Assembly: GCA_023390115.1 (NCBI GenBank)
Contig: JAEWDM010000022.1
Coordinates: 313,211 to 337,210 of the forward strand
Length of the DNA stretch: 24,000 nt
Reading direction: 5' to 3'
From: Bacillota bacterium
GTDB taxonomy: Bacteria; Bacillota; Clostridia; Acetivibrionales; DSM-27016
The translations under genes and the position numbers were made by a program. Below the pieces are notes generated by a model, which worked only from the letters and a program-made list of their open reading frames with translations, was not told where the DNA came from and made no database searches. Shown here piece by piece: positions 7,447-16,253 of the stretch. Position 1 is the stretch's first letter. Each line of letters starts with the position of its first letter.

Positions 7447-9138
7447 TTATACTATCACCCTTACTATTTCCTCTATGGAGGTAATTCCCTGTTTAACCTT
7501 TTTATATGCATCCTGCCTTAAGGTTACCATTCCCTCGGCTATTGCCTGCATTTCTATCTCCCTCGCGGACGCCCTGTTAAGTATCATTTTTTGTATTTCC
7601 TCCGTAACCACAAGCAGTTCATATATAGCCTTCCTGCCCCTATACCCCGTATTATTGCAGTGTATGCATCCCTTGGGGCGGAACAGCCTTATGCTCTCCT
7701 GCCCATGCTCCAGAGGAAAATCGGGAGCATTCGCGATAATCTCACTTCGGGGTATGTCACAGCCCGCCTTGCACTCCTTGCACAGCACCCTCACCAGCCT
7801 CTGCGCAATAATCCCCACAAGAGACGACGCGGTAAGGTAGGGCTCAACGTCCATGTCCGCAAGCCTTGTTACGGCACCAGACGAGTTGTTTGTATGGAGG
7901 GTGGATAGTACAAAATGCCCTGTAAGCGCTGATTCAACAGCAATTCGGGCAGTCTCACGGTCACGTATCTCCCCCACCATTATTATATCGGGGTCATTTC
8001 TAAGTATTGATCTTAGGCCGGAAGCGAAGTTCATTCCGGCCCTTGAGCTTGCCTGCACCTGGTTTATTCCGTCCATCCGCCTTTCAACAGGATCCTCCAG
8101 AGTTATTATATTCTTATCAGGTGAGTTAAGCTTGGCAAGCGTTGCGTACAGTGTGGTGCTCTTGCCGCTTCCGGTAGGCCCCGTAATCAGTACAAAGCCG
8201 TATGGAAGCCTCATAATATCGTTGTATTTTTTAAGCTGCACATCAGGGAAGCCCAGCTCCGAAAGGGTTATAAGCCTGTCGCTGCGGTTAAGCAGGCGGA
8301 GCGTCAGCTTCTCTCCGTAGGCTGTGGGAAGGCTTGCCACCCTCACATCTATAGTCTTTCCGTCAATTCTCATAGTGATCCGGCCATCCTGAGGTATTCT
8401 TCTTTCCGCAATATCCATACTCGACATAACCTTTATGCGTGAAACAAGTGATGCATGCAGGCGGGACGGCTGCTGCATAATTTCATGCAGCACTCCGTCA
8501 ATTCTGAAGCGGACCACAAGCTTTTTTTCATGCGGCTCAATGTGCACGTCGCTGGCCCCTGCCTTCACAGACTGGTTGAAAATCTGATTTGCCAACTGTA
8601 CCGCGGGCTTTTCAGCGGCAGCATCCAGCATCTCCTGATCAGTATCCTCGTCATCAGAGGACATATCCTCGCTCTCGATAATGCTTCCCGATGTAACGAA
8701 CTGGTTTATTGCAGCCCTTAGCTCGCTGTCCGCCACAATAGCAGGCTGTATATCATAGCCGGTGATAAGCCTTAAATCGTCAACAGCTATGATATCTGAA
8801 GGATTGAGCATTGCAACCAGCAGCTTGTTTTTTTCAAAGCCAATAGGTATGGCGTTGTACCGGTTTGCAATTTCAGGTGTTATAAGGTTGGCTGCCGTCA
8901 TATCTATAGGGCTCTCCCTTAATGAAACAAATGTAGCCCCCGTTTTTCTTGCCATTATCCTTGCAATATCGTCCTCAGTGCAGTAGCCCATCCGGACAAG
9001 CGCCTGTCCAAGCAGTCCCTTTCCATCCTTTTTACTGTTTTCCTCCTGAAGCGCCAGTGCCTCTTCAAGCTGCTGCTCCGTTATTATTCCGTTTTCAACC
9101 AGCTTGCTCCCCAGGTAATTCCTTGTGTTTTTTATCAC
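7447..9138 (-). CDS. pilB: Type IV pilus assembly (extension) ATPase PilB / GspE family
   Basis: The 563-aa ORF has a GSPII_E N-terminal domain (LVENGIITEQQLEEALALQ), a Walker A motif (GPTGSGKSTT), Asp/His boxes (EDPVE, GEIRD, TGHFVLSTLHTN) and a tetracysteine motif (CKECK...CIHCNNTGYRGR). The start is GTG at 9138. Confidence 0.95.
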   Translation of the reverse strand: MIKNTRNYLGSKLVENGIITEQQLEEALALQEENSKKDGKGLLGQALVRMGYCTEDDIARIMARKTGATFVSLRESPIDMTAANLITPEIANRYNAIPIGFEKNKLLVAMLNPSDIIAVDDLRLITGYDIQPAIVADSELRAAINQFVTSGSIIESEDMSSDDEDTDQEMLDAAAEKPAVQLANQIFNQSVKAGASDVHIEPHEKKLVVRFRIDGVLHEIMQQPSRLHASLVSRIKVMSSMDIAERRIPQDGRITMRIDGKTIDVRVASLPTAYGEKLTLRLLNRSDRLITLSELGFPDVQLKKYNDIMRLPYGFVLITGPTGSGKSTTLYATLAKLNSPDKNIITLEDPVERRMDGINQVQASSRAGMNFASGLRSILRNDPDIIMVGEIRDRETARIAVESALTGHFVLSTLHTNNSSGAVTRLADMDVEPYLTASSLVGIIAQRLVRVLCKECKAGCDIPRSEIIANAPDFPLEHGQESIRLFRPKGCIHCNNTGYRGRKAIYELLVVTEEIQKMILNRASAREIEMQAIAEGMVTLRQDAYKKVKQGITSIEEIVRVIV

Positions 9139-9209
9139 CTTATTCTTTCTCCCGTTAATCTTTATTTATGGCCCAAAGCCTTCATTATTTCAATATATTG
9201 CACCTGCCG

Positions 9210-9743
9210 CTATTTTGATATAAAAAACGCCTTTGCGGATATTTCTATAGCCAGCCCGGAGGAATCCGTACCGGAATTTACACTTACTTCTTCCACAGTA
9301 AACAGCCTCCCCGCTGTCTTTAAATCCTCAAGCAGCACCTGCATATTAGAGTAGCCTCCCGTAAAAAAAAGCTTTAGCGGCATTTCAGTATACCCCGTCT
9401 TAGGCACCCTCTCCTCAAAGGTTATTTTCTGAAGCCGGACATTTGCCTGGCTTGCTATCTTTTCAATACACTCAATAACATCATTTTCGTCAGGACTTTC
9501 AGGCAGGAGCCCTTCAACAAATTCAGCCTTCTTTTGGATTTCAGACTGAGAGGCTTTAATGGCGGTTAAATTTTCCAATTGAGTCCTGTTTCGATCTATC
9601 TGCAAGACTTGAGCATCTATCAGCCCCTTTAGATCATTGTTATGCTTAAGCTGGTTATAAATTACAAGCGCCATAAACACCACAACCACTGCAAGTACAG
9701 CAACAGGCAATATTATACTTCCCGACCTATCTTTAGATCTCAC
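9210..9743 (-). CDS. pilO: PilO-like pilus alignment-complex protein
   Basis: The 177-aa ORF has an N-terminal TM helix, a coiled-coil segment and a C-terminal alpha/beta domain (MPLKLFFTGGYSNMQVLLEDL...RLFTVEEVSV). The GTG start overlaps the pilN stop (GTGA), and the gene sits directly after pilM-pilN. Confidence 0.6.
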   Translation of the reverse strand: MRSKDRSGSIILPVAVLAVVVVFMALVIYNQLKHNNDLKGLIDAQVLQIDRNRTQLENLTAIKASQSEIQKKAEFVEGLLPESPDENDVIECIEKIASQANVRLQKITFEERVPKTGYTEMPLKLFFTGGYSNMQVLLEDLKTAGRLFTVEEVSVNSGTDSSGLAIEISAKAFFISK

Positions 9744-10336
9744 CTCTCAAATTCCTCCTCCGCAGGCAAGCTCCACTTCTGTGCCCTTGATACCGCCGCA
9801 CTTATTTCGAACTGCACACTCCTGCCGGTTCCGGAGCCCTGGCTGGCTGAAAGGCCGCAGCTTATATCGCTCAGGCCCTTTATCCCTTTAAGCTGCCGAA
9901 GCCACTCCGCCACACCGGTATAGTCACGCGCATAACCCTTTAATTCCACTTTTGCCGTTTTTCCGTCATACGTGCAGGCTATACCGCTTAACCAGACGTT
10001 TGGCGGAATATTTCCGCTTATATCCTTCATTAATCCGCTCCATTCGGGATTAGAACCGGCAGCCTCGCGCGCCAGCGCCGAAACAGCTTCAATCTTACTG
10101 TATGCCTCAAGATATGGCTTTAGAGCCTCAATCCCCGATACGAGCAATAAATTCTCATCCTCCAGCCCCTTAAGCCTTTGCTCAAGCGCGGTATTACTTA
10201 TATAAAATGCTACAAAGCTTGCTGCAAAAAGCATTGTAAATATGACGCCGATAAATATGACCGCTGAAATCCCTCTGTATGCCTTATTGTCTTTTTTATA
10301 TTCAGAGGGCAATATGCTTATGTTTTTCAAAGGCAT
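9740..10336 (-). CDS. pilN: PilN-like fimbrial assembly protein
   Basis: The 198-aa ORF has an ISILPSEYKK N-terminal motif (compare INLLP in PilN), a single TM helix, a coiled coil and a periplasmic-type domain. Its ATG overlaps the pilM stop (TAATG), suggesting translational coupling. Confidence 0.7.
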   Translation of the reverse strand: MPLKNISILPSEYKKDNKAYRGISAVIFIGVIFTMLFAASFVAFYISNTALEQRLKGLEDENLLLVSGIEALKPYLEAYSKIEAVSALAREAAGSNPEWSGLMKDISGNIPPNVWLSGIACTYDGKTAKVELKGYARDYTGVAEWLRQLKGIKGLSDISCGLSASQGSGTGRSVQFEISAAVSRAQKWSLPAEEEFER

Positions 10337-11343
10337 TATCCCTCCAATCCCCTGAGTGCCATACTGATACTTATTGCATAATCGGAGGCATCAATTTCTT
10401 CCATACCCGCGCACTCCTTTGACACCTGTATGTTACTCATTGGATTAAGCACCTCTACAGGCATATCAAAGCTGTTTTTAAGCTTATCCAAAAGGCCGGG
10501 AACCTTAATACCCCTGCCGCACAGCAGTACCTTTGCAATGGTCTCGGAGGAGCTTTGGACATAATAATAATTTACGGATGACTGTATTCCCCCCGCTATA
10601 ACATCCCCAAGCTCATCCAGCTCATGCGGCTCGGGCCTGCTTTTGGCAATTTCAAAGGAGCCTGACCCGCCCCAATTCATATGCTCCTTTAAAAAGTCTG
10701 ATATGCTGACCGGTATGAGCCTTGCGAGCCTGGGCACCCCTTTGACGGACAACAGTATGTTTCCCAGCTCATTTCCAAGCTCAACCACCGCAACCCCCTT
10801 TTTGAGCTCCTCACCCGGAAGCATTCTGAGGAGAGAGAGAGAGGTTACATCTATATCTGAAGGCGTTATTCCCGCTGCCTCAAAGGCTTTTATAAAGCCG
10901 CTCAGCATACTCCTTCTTGCGGCCACAAGCAGTACCTCAATGGTGTTGGATTCCTTGCTTTCCGGGCCCTCCAGCACTATGTAATCCAGAACCACGGTGT
11001 TTACAGGCATCGGCAGAAAGTCCTGCGCCTGAAAGCGTATTAAATTATCCAGCTTGTCTTGGGGTACCCTTGGAAATGTGGCAAACCGCACAAGCACATC
11101 CTGATTGGAAACGGATATTATTGCCTCCCTGATTTTGATTCCGCATTTATCCCATAGCAGTGAAAGGGATTGGCCCAGCTTTAAGGGGTCCTGTACAACG
11201 CCGTCCTTCACGCAGCCCTCGGGCAGCTCTAAAGCACCGTATTTTATAAGCCTCGCGGCCTCGGGCCTTCCGCTAAGCTCAACAGCCCTTGCCTCATATG
11301 CGTCTATCTGCAGGCCTACCGCTTTTTTCCCAAACCAGCCCAT
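10336..11343 (-). CDS. pilM: PilM, actin-like ATPase-fold pilus assembly protein
   Basis: The 335-aa ORF starts with GLQIDAYEARAVEL (compare GLDIGsssiK) and has an FtsA/actin-like fold pattern through to ...DYAISISMALRG. It sits immediately upstream of pilN and pilO. Confidence 0.85.
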   Translation of the reverse strand: MGWFGKKAVGLQIDAYEARAVELSGRPEAARLIKYGALELPEGCVKDGVVQDPLKLGQSLSLLWDKCGIKIREAIISVSNQDVLVRFATFPRVPQDKLDNLIRFQAQDFLPMPVNTVVLDYIVLEGPESKESNTIEVLLVAARRSMLSGFIKAFEAAGITPSDIDVTSLSLLRMLPGEELKKGVAVVELGNELGNILLSVKGVPRLARLIPVSISDFLKEHMNWGGSGSFEIAKSRPEPHELDELGDVIAGGIQSSVNYYYVQSSSETIAKVLLCGRGIKVPGLLDKLKNSFDMPVEVLNPMSNIQVSKECAGMEEIDASDYAISISMALRGLEG

Positions 11344-11396
11344 ATAAATGCACCAACCCCTGTAATATTATTAGCCTTACCGATTTCTAAAGGATG

Positions 11397-12605
11397 CTAT
11401 CTTCCGACCTCTGTCACAGCGGTAAACATAGGCAGGTACATTGCTATAAGCATCAGGCCTATTACAGAGCCCACTATGACAAGCATAAGGGGCTCAATAA
11501 GAGCAGTGAGCCCCTTGCTCATTGCGGCAACCTCATCCTCATAAAACTCCGCTATTTTTGAAAGAAGTGAGGGAAGAGAGCCTGTCTCCTCTCCGACCGC
11601 TATCATCTGTATTACCATGGGAGGGAATATGCCGCTTTCCTCAAGCTCACCGCTTATGCTTTTACCTTCCTGAATTCTGAGGCTTGCATTCTTTACCGCC
11701 TTTTCCACCAAAAAGCTTCCCGAGGTGGGGCCGGCACTTTCAAGCGCCTGCACTACCGGAATTCCTCCCTCAAGCAATGTCGCCAGAGTTCTGCTGAAGC
11801 GTGCCATGACCGACTTGTGTATAAGAGGCCCGAATGCGGGAAGCTTGAATTTGACTCTGTCCCATGTGTTTTTACCCATGGGGCTTTTAATATAGTATGT
11901 AAATAACAGTACAACCGCGACGGCAGCGCAAATCCATATATACCATCTGCTTCTTAAGGAGTTTGACATAACCATAATAATTTCTGTGGGAAGCGGCAGC
12001 TTTCTGTCCTCCGGAAAAAAGCCCATAAAAATCGGAACAATAAACACCAGCATGGCTACAAGAATCATTCCCGCAAAGCCCGCCACCATCTTTGGATAAA
12101 AGGTCGCGGATTTTATGCTGTCCTTCAGCGCCTTATCCCTCTGAAGCTGATCGGAAAGGTGCGTGAGAGCCATCTCCAGATCCCCTCCCACTTCTCCGGC
12201 ATGTATCATAGATATATAAAGCGGAGAAAAAATTTTGGGGTACGAAGACAGAGCCTCGGTAAAGTTCATTCCCCCTTCGACATTTGAGGCTATTTGCTGA
12301 AGAGCGTTTTTTAAAAGTGAATTATCCGCCTGCCTCCCCAGTGTATGTATGGCTCTTGTGAGAGGTATGCCCGCACCGATCATCGCCGAAAGCTGGCGGC
12401 TGAAAAGAGCAAGCTCGGAAATTTTTACCTTTTTGCCCCAGTCCAGTATGCTGTTAATCGAGGATTCCCTGTCTCTCTTCAAATCCAGCACGGAATAGCC
12501 CATTTTGCGAAGCTGCATGACAGCAGCCTCCTCCTCCTGTGCCTCAACCCTTCCCTTAATTATCTCCCCCGATTTGCTGATACACTCATATGTAAAGGTA
12601 GGCAT
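11397..12605 (-). CDS. pilC: PilC / GspF-family polytopic platform protein
   Basis: The track ORF runs 11397..12620. I prefer the ATG at 12605 (MPTFTYECISKSGE...) because a GGAGGG RBS lies 8 nt upstream and it directly follows the pilT stop. The protein has two GspF repeats (FSRQLSAMIGAGIPL... and FSRTLATLLEGGIPV...). Confidence 0.93.
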   Translation of the reverse strand: MPTFTYECISKSGEIIKGRVEAQEEEAAVMQLRKMGYSVLDLKRDRESSINSILDWGKKVKISELALFSRQLSAMIGAGIPLTRAIHTLGRQADNSLLKNALQQIASNVEGGMNFTEALSSYPKIFSPLYISMIHAGEVGGDLEMALTHLSDQLQRDKALKDSIKSATFYPKMVAGFAGMILVAMLVFIVPIFMGFFPEDRKLPLPTEIIMVMSNSLRSRWYIWICAAVAVVLLFTYYIKSPMGKNTWDRVKFKLPAFGPLIHKSVMARFSRTLATLLEGGIPVVQALESAGPTSGSFLVEKAVKNASLRIQEGKSISGELEESGIFPPMVIQMIAVGEETGSLPSLLSKIAEFYEDEVAAMSKGLTALIEPLMLVIVGSVIGLMLIAMYLPMFTAVTEVGR

Positions 12606-12607
12606 TC

Positions 12608-13750
12608 TTATTCCCTCCACTGTGCCGCCGTCATTGACGAAAAGCCATGGCTCGGCATCATTCTTTCAAGCTCTATCCTGTCCACACAATACTCCTGTGC
12701 AATGTCCTTTGTAATAACTCCCGCCTGATACAGCTTAACCAGTGCGAGATCCATCGTCTGCATACCCGATGAATGCCCCGTCTGTATGGCACTGTAAAGC
12801 TGGTGCTCCTTTCCCTCCCTTATAAGGCTTCTCACCGCCTGGGAGTCGGTCATAAACTCCACCGCGGCAGCACGGCCCTTCAAGTCTCTTTTTGGCACAA
12901 GCTGCTGTGAGATTACCGCTCTTAGTGAGTTGGCAAGCTGCTGCCTTATCTGGTCCCTCTTATGGGATTCAAAAACATCTACAATACGGCTGATCGTAAG
13001 CGGTGCGGTTTGAGTATGAAGGGTTGAAAAGACCAGATGCCCTGTCTCGGCAGCCGTAAGTGCTATGGATATACTTTCCATATCCCTCATCTCTCCTATA
13101 AGTATTACATCGGGATCATGCCTTAGCACATGCCTCAGCGCGTTTGAGAAGGAGCGGGTATCGCTTCCTATTTCCCTCTGCCTTATGGAAGACAGCTTGT
13201 GCTTGTGGAGATACTCTATAGGGTCCTCTATTGTAACTATATTCATGCTCCTTGTGCTGTTTATCAGGTCTATCATCGCGGCAAGGGTGGTCGACTTTCC
13301 GCTTCCGGTAGGCCCTGTAACAAGTATAATTCCTCTTGTAAGATAGCAAAGCTTCTTTATCTCCTCCGGAAGCCCAAGAGAGTCTATATTGGGAACGTTG
13401 TAAGGAACAGCTCTGAACACCATTGCAAGACTGCCCCTCTGGCGCATTATATTTCCTCTGAATCTTGAAATTCCCGGAAGCGAGTACGCAAAATCAAGCT
13501 CAAGCTCCCTTCTCAGCTCCTCCTGCTGCTCAGGCCCTATGGCCGAGTCGAGAATACACTGCAAATCATCCGGCTTAAGCGCAGGAAAGCCCTGTGCCTC
13601 AAGCTCCCCGTTAATTCTTATGGCAGGAGGCGCGCCGGCCACCAGATGAAGATCGGAGCCTTTTTTTTCCACCGTCAGCTTCAGCAGGCAGTCCAGGCTC
13701 ACGGGGTATACCGGATTTCCGCAATTATATAAAGTTGTTTCTTCCGTCAT
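12608..13750 (-). CDS. pilT: PilT twitching-motility (retraction) ATPase
   Basis: The track ORF extends to 13858, but that extension overlaps the upstream gene. The ATG at 13750 has a GGGGG RBS 8 nt upstream and lies 25 nt after the upstream stop. Motifs: DLHL..G.PP..RI, Walker A (GPTGSGKSTT), EDPIE, GEMRD, TGHLVFSTLHT, and the PilT signature AVRSLIREGKEHQLYSAIQTG. Confidence 0.9.
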   Translation of the reverse strand: MTEETTLYNCGNPVYPVSLDCLLKLTVEKKGSDLHLVAGAPPAIRINGELEAQGFPALKPDDLQCILDSAIGPEQQEELRRELELDFAYSLPGISRFRGNIMRQRGSLAMVFRAVPYNVPNIDSLGLPEEIKKLCYLTRGIILVTGPTGSGKSTTLAAMIDLINSTRSMNIVTIEDPIEYLHKHKLSSIRQREIGSDTRSFSNALRHVLRHDPDVILIGEMRDMESISIALTAAETGHLVFSTLHTQTAPLTISRIVDVFESHKRDQIRQQLANSLRAVISQQLVPKRDLKGRAAAVEFMTDSQAVRSLIREGKEHQLYSAIQTGHSSGMQTMDLALVKLYQAGVITKDIAQEYCVDRIELERMMPSHGFSSMTAAQWRE

Positions 13751-13775
13751 TAAAGCCGCCCCCTTTTGCAAAACC

Positions 13776-15677
13776 TCATTGCTCATCCCCGGATTCATCC
13801 CCCGAGGCGTCCCCCGAGCCTCCCCCTGTCCAGCCTGAAGGCGCGCCCGTTGGATCATCTATGAGATTAATCATGTCCTTTACCTTCTTTATATTTCCCT
13901 GTGTCTCCTCAAGCCACAGCACATAATACGGCGAATCTGAGTTCCTTGACACATTCCCCGAGGTTTTAAAGGAGGCTCTGGGCACTCCCGTAAGGCTTGA
14001 CAGCAAATTTGCCCTTAGATTCAGTACTGACGTACTGCTGCCATAGTCCACCGGCACCTTAAGCTTGGGAGTTCTGTTAAGTATCTTGCCCATCTCGGTA
14101 TCTATAGCCCATAACGTACTTTTTACCGTGCTTTCCATCGCCCTTGGGCATATGATCAACAGGCTTTTTGACACCTCCTGATGAATAGCAAGGGTTTTCA
14201 CCCCTTCCAGATTAACCTGCGCCAGCCCTGCCAGAGCCTGGTCGGCCGTGACAAAGGAGAAGTCCATTGCGAATATCGACAGATCCCTTCTGTTGGTGTC
14301 TATATCCACGCTGGCCACAACGCTGTTCACCGCGTCCAGCTCCCCCGCCTTTCCCATTACCCATATCATTCCGGGGTTTGACTGCACCGTAATAACATCC
14401 GCCTCTATCCCGAGCTGCTGTATGATAGAAGCAAGCACGGACGCACTCATATATTTAAGGCTTATTCTTGTAAGCGACTCATACTCCGTCATATTGTAAT
14501 TGTCCACTATGTCAAGCTGCTGCACGAGGTTTTTAAGATCCGCTATGGCCGCCTCCGCACCCTGTGCCCAAAATGCCCCGGTATTTGTATCAAGAGTAAT
14601 AATGTTAACGGGGATCCCAACCTTTTGAACAATAGGCTCAAGCTTTTCGGGAGTAATATATTTTAGCTTTATCTCCACTATGGAATCCACAAACACTCTG
14701 TTTTCTGGCACATCCAGCATCTCTATCAGCTGGCCGAGCTTCTTCATTTCATCGGCGGAGCCCTGTGCCCATATTTTTTTCTGATTTGCCTCAGCCCTTA
14801 TAGTGCTTACCTTGAGGTCGATATCCTGCACAAGCTGAGCCAATTCCTTTGCGGATATATACGACAGCTCAAAAACAGTCAGAGACACATTATCCTTATT
14901 TGCGTTTTCAGGGCGGTCCAGAGCGGTTATTACCTCCCTTACCTTTCCCAGCACCTGAGGAGCAGCCTGTATCCATATCGCTTTGGGGTTTTCGTCCAGC
15001 TTTATTTCCTTGAGCTCCAGCTCAAGCCTTCCAAGCTGTGAGGACAGGGTATCGGCAGTAATATATTTGAGTGAAAATCTGGTTATTACCATCTGGCTGA
15101 AAAAGCTGTTCTGGAGCATAGAGGACTTGCCTATCACAATTGTGTCCCCTTCGCGTATGTATTCCAGCCCGTGCTTTTTAAGCACAAGCTCAAGCACCAG
15201 GCCCGGAGACATATCCTCCGCATGCATGGTAACACTTACGGGCTCGTCAAGGTAAATAATGCTTACCCCCATTCCGATTGCCAGAGAGCTTAAAACATCC
15301 CTTATGTCGGCTTCGGCCACATCCATTGTTATCGCGGAGGGCGGAGCATATGACCGCCGAGGCGCAGCCTCCTCTTCAGTGCTGTTGCCTCCGTTTATGA
15401 TAAGCTTTTGTCCCGGCTGGAGTATGGTGTCGCCGTTTATTTTATTTTTCTCAAGTATTTCATCCTTATCGGCTCCAAGCCTTTTAGCTATAAGATCGAC
15501 ATTATCCCCCTTTTTAACTTCATATATAAATGAAGAGGAGCCTTCCGGAGCAGCACTCTCAGAGGCCCTTGCACAATAGGTCTGAAAGCATGAGGGCAGA
15601 CCCGAAAGCAACAGCGCAGGCACCAGGAGCAATATCAAAACAGCCTTTGGTACGTCTATACCGCATTTAGATATCAT
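13776..15677 (-). CDS. Secreted LysM + secretin N0(STN)-like + 5-6 secretin N1 (NolW-like) repeat protein, with no secretin beta-barrel domain
   Basis: The track ORF runs 13776..15692. I prefer the ATG at 15677 because a GGAGAGGG RBS lies 5 nt upstream. Residue numbers below use the 638-aa track ORF.
- Signal peptide: AVLILLLVPALLLSG...CARA|SE.
- LysM: residues about 55-99 (YEVKKGDNVDLIAKRLG...ILQPGQKLII).
- N0-like domain: residues about 120-188 (ITMDVAEADIRDVLSSLAIGMGVSIIY...LVLKKHGLEYIREGDTIVIG).
- Repeats: about 60-aa units of the form [hydrophobic]-x-LKY-x-(S/T)-A-x-x-L...IW(A/V)xG...(L/V)D, starting near residues 201, 269, 337, 406, 470 and 544.
- Tail: acidic Gly/Ser/Asp sequence. Confidence 0.6.
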   Translation of the reverse strand: MISKCGIDVPKAVLILLLVPALLLSGLPSCFQTYCARASESAAPEGSSSFIYEVKKGDNVDLIAKRLGADKDEILEKNKINGDTILQPGQKLIINGGNSTEEEAAPRRSYAPPSAITMDVAEADIRDVLSSLAIGMGVSIIYLDEPVSVTMHAEDMSPGLVLELVLKKHGLEYIREGDTIVIGKSSMLQNSFFSQMVITRFSLKYITADTLSSQLGRLELELKEIKLDENPKAIWIQAAPQVLGKVREVITALDRPENANKDNVSLTVFELSYISAKELAQLVQDIDLKVSTIRAEANQKKIWAQGSADEMKKLGQLIEMLDVPENRVFVDSIVEIKLKYITPEKLEPIVQKVGIPVNIITLDTNTGAFWAQGAEAAIADLKNLVQQLDIVDNYNMTEYESLTRISLKYMSASVLASIIQQLGIEADVITVQSNPGMIWVMGKAGELDAVNSVVASVDIDTNRRDLSIFAMDFSFVTADQALAGLAQVNLEGVKTLAIHQEVSKSLLIICPRAMESTVKSTLWAIDTEMGKILNRTPKLKVPVDYGSSTSVLNLRANLLSSLTGVPRASFKTSGNVSRNSDSPYYVLWLEETQGNIKKVKDMINLIDDPTGAPSGWTGGGSGDASGDESGDEQ

Positions 15678-15695
15678 GATAACCCTCTCCATTCG

Positions 15696-16253
15696 TCAGT
15701 TTGTGCCGGACTTTGTGCTTGAGCTGCTCTTGCTTGTCTTAGCCTCCTCCAGCCTTAAGGGAAGCTCCCTTGAGCCGGATTTAAGCAAAACCTCCTTTGG
15801 CGCTATGCTCTCTACCGTCCATGCGTCGCCTATCTCGTCGCCTATGCCTACCACATAGGATATACTGTCCGCGGTTATAATGGCCTGGCTGTTTCCATTA
15901 TTTCCTATGACAGTACCCTTTAAAAGCATAGGGCCCGAGAAGGGATCTCTTGAAGCCGAGGCAGCTTCAGCCTTGTCCTCCGCTTTGTCATCAGCCCCGG
16001 TGCCGCCGCTCCTGCTGGTCTGGGGCAGTATCTCCACGCTGTCGCCGTCCGACCCGCCGGGGCTGCCTTCTCCTGTGGGCTCCGACATCACAGGCGTGCT
16101 TCCGGTGCCGGGCAGAGACGCGTATACCGCAATCATAACCACAATAAGCACTGCCAGTACGCAAAGGCTTACGGCAAGAAATTTGTTTTTCCTTATATAC
16201 TCCTTCAGCTTGCTCTGCTTTCCCCGGCTTACACCGAAATCCTCCTCCGCCAT
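15696..16253 (-). CDS. PilP-like bitopic protein (TM anchor, low-complexity linker, small C-terminal beta-domain)
   Basis: The 185-aa ORF has a basic cytoplasmic N-terminus and a TM helix (FLAVSLCVLAVLIVVMIAVYA). A Pro/Gly/Ser/Asp-rich linker follows. The C-terminus is DPFSGPMLLKGTVIGNNGNSQAIITADSISYVVGIGDEIGDAWTVESIAPKEVLLKSG..LPLRL, which resembles the PilP/GspC-HR pattern. It lies between pilA and the secretin-N protein. Confidence 0.45.
   Translation of the reverse strand: MAEEDFGVSRGKQSKLKEYIRKNKFLAVSLCVLAVLIVVMIAVYASLPGTGSTPVMSEPTGEGSPGGSDGDSVEILPQTSRSGGTGADDKAEDKAEAASASRDPFSGPMLLKGTVIGNNGNSQAIITADSISYVVGIGDEIGDAWTVESIAPKEVLLKSGSRELPLRLEEAKTSKSSSSTKSGTN

Noticed and set aside
13751-13858. 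A 36-codon N-terminal extension of the pilT ORF.
   Set aside because: It overlaps the 3' end of the upstream secretin-N gene, is Gly/Arg-rich and has no RBS. The ATG at 13750 has a proper GGGGG RBS and a typical PilT length.
13776-13990. A full-length PilQ secretin, that is, a C-terminal secretin beta-barrel domain in the 633-aa protein or in a downstream ORF.
   Set aside because: After the last N1-like repeat, the protein ends in about 25 residues of Gly/Ser/Asp-rich tail. The next gene is pilT. No ORF in the window shows the long Gly/aromatic-rich beta-strand pattern of a secretin pore.
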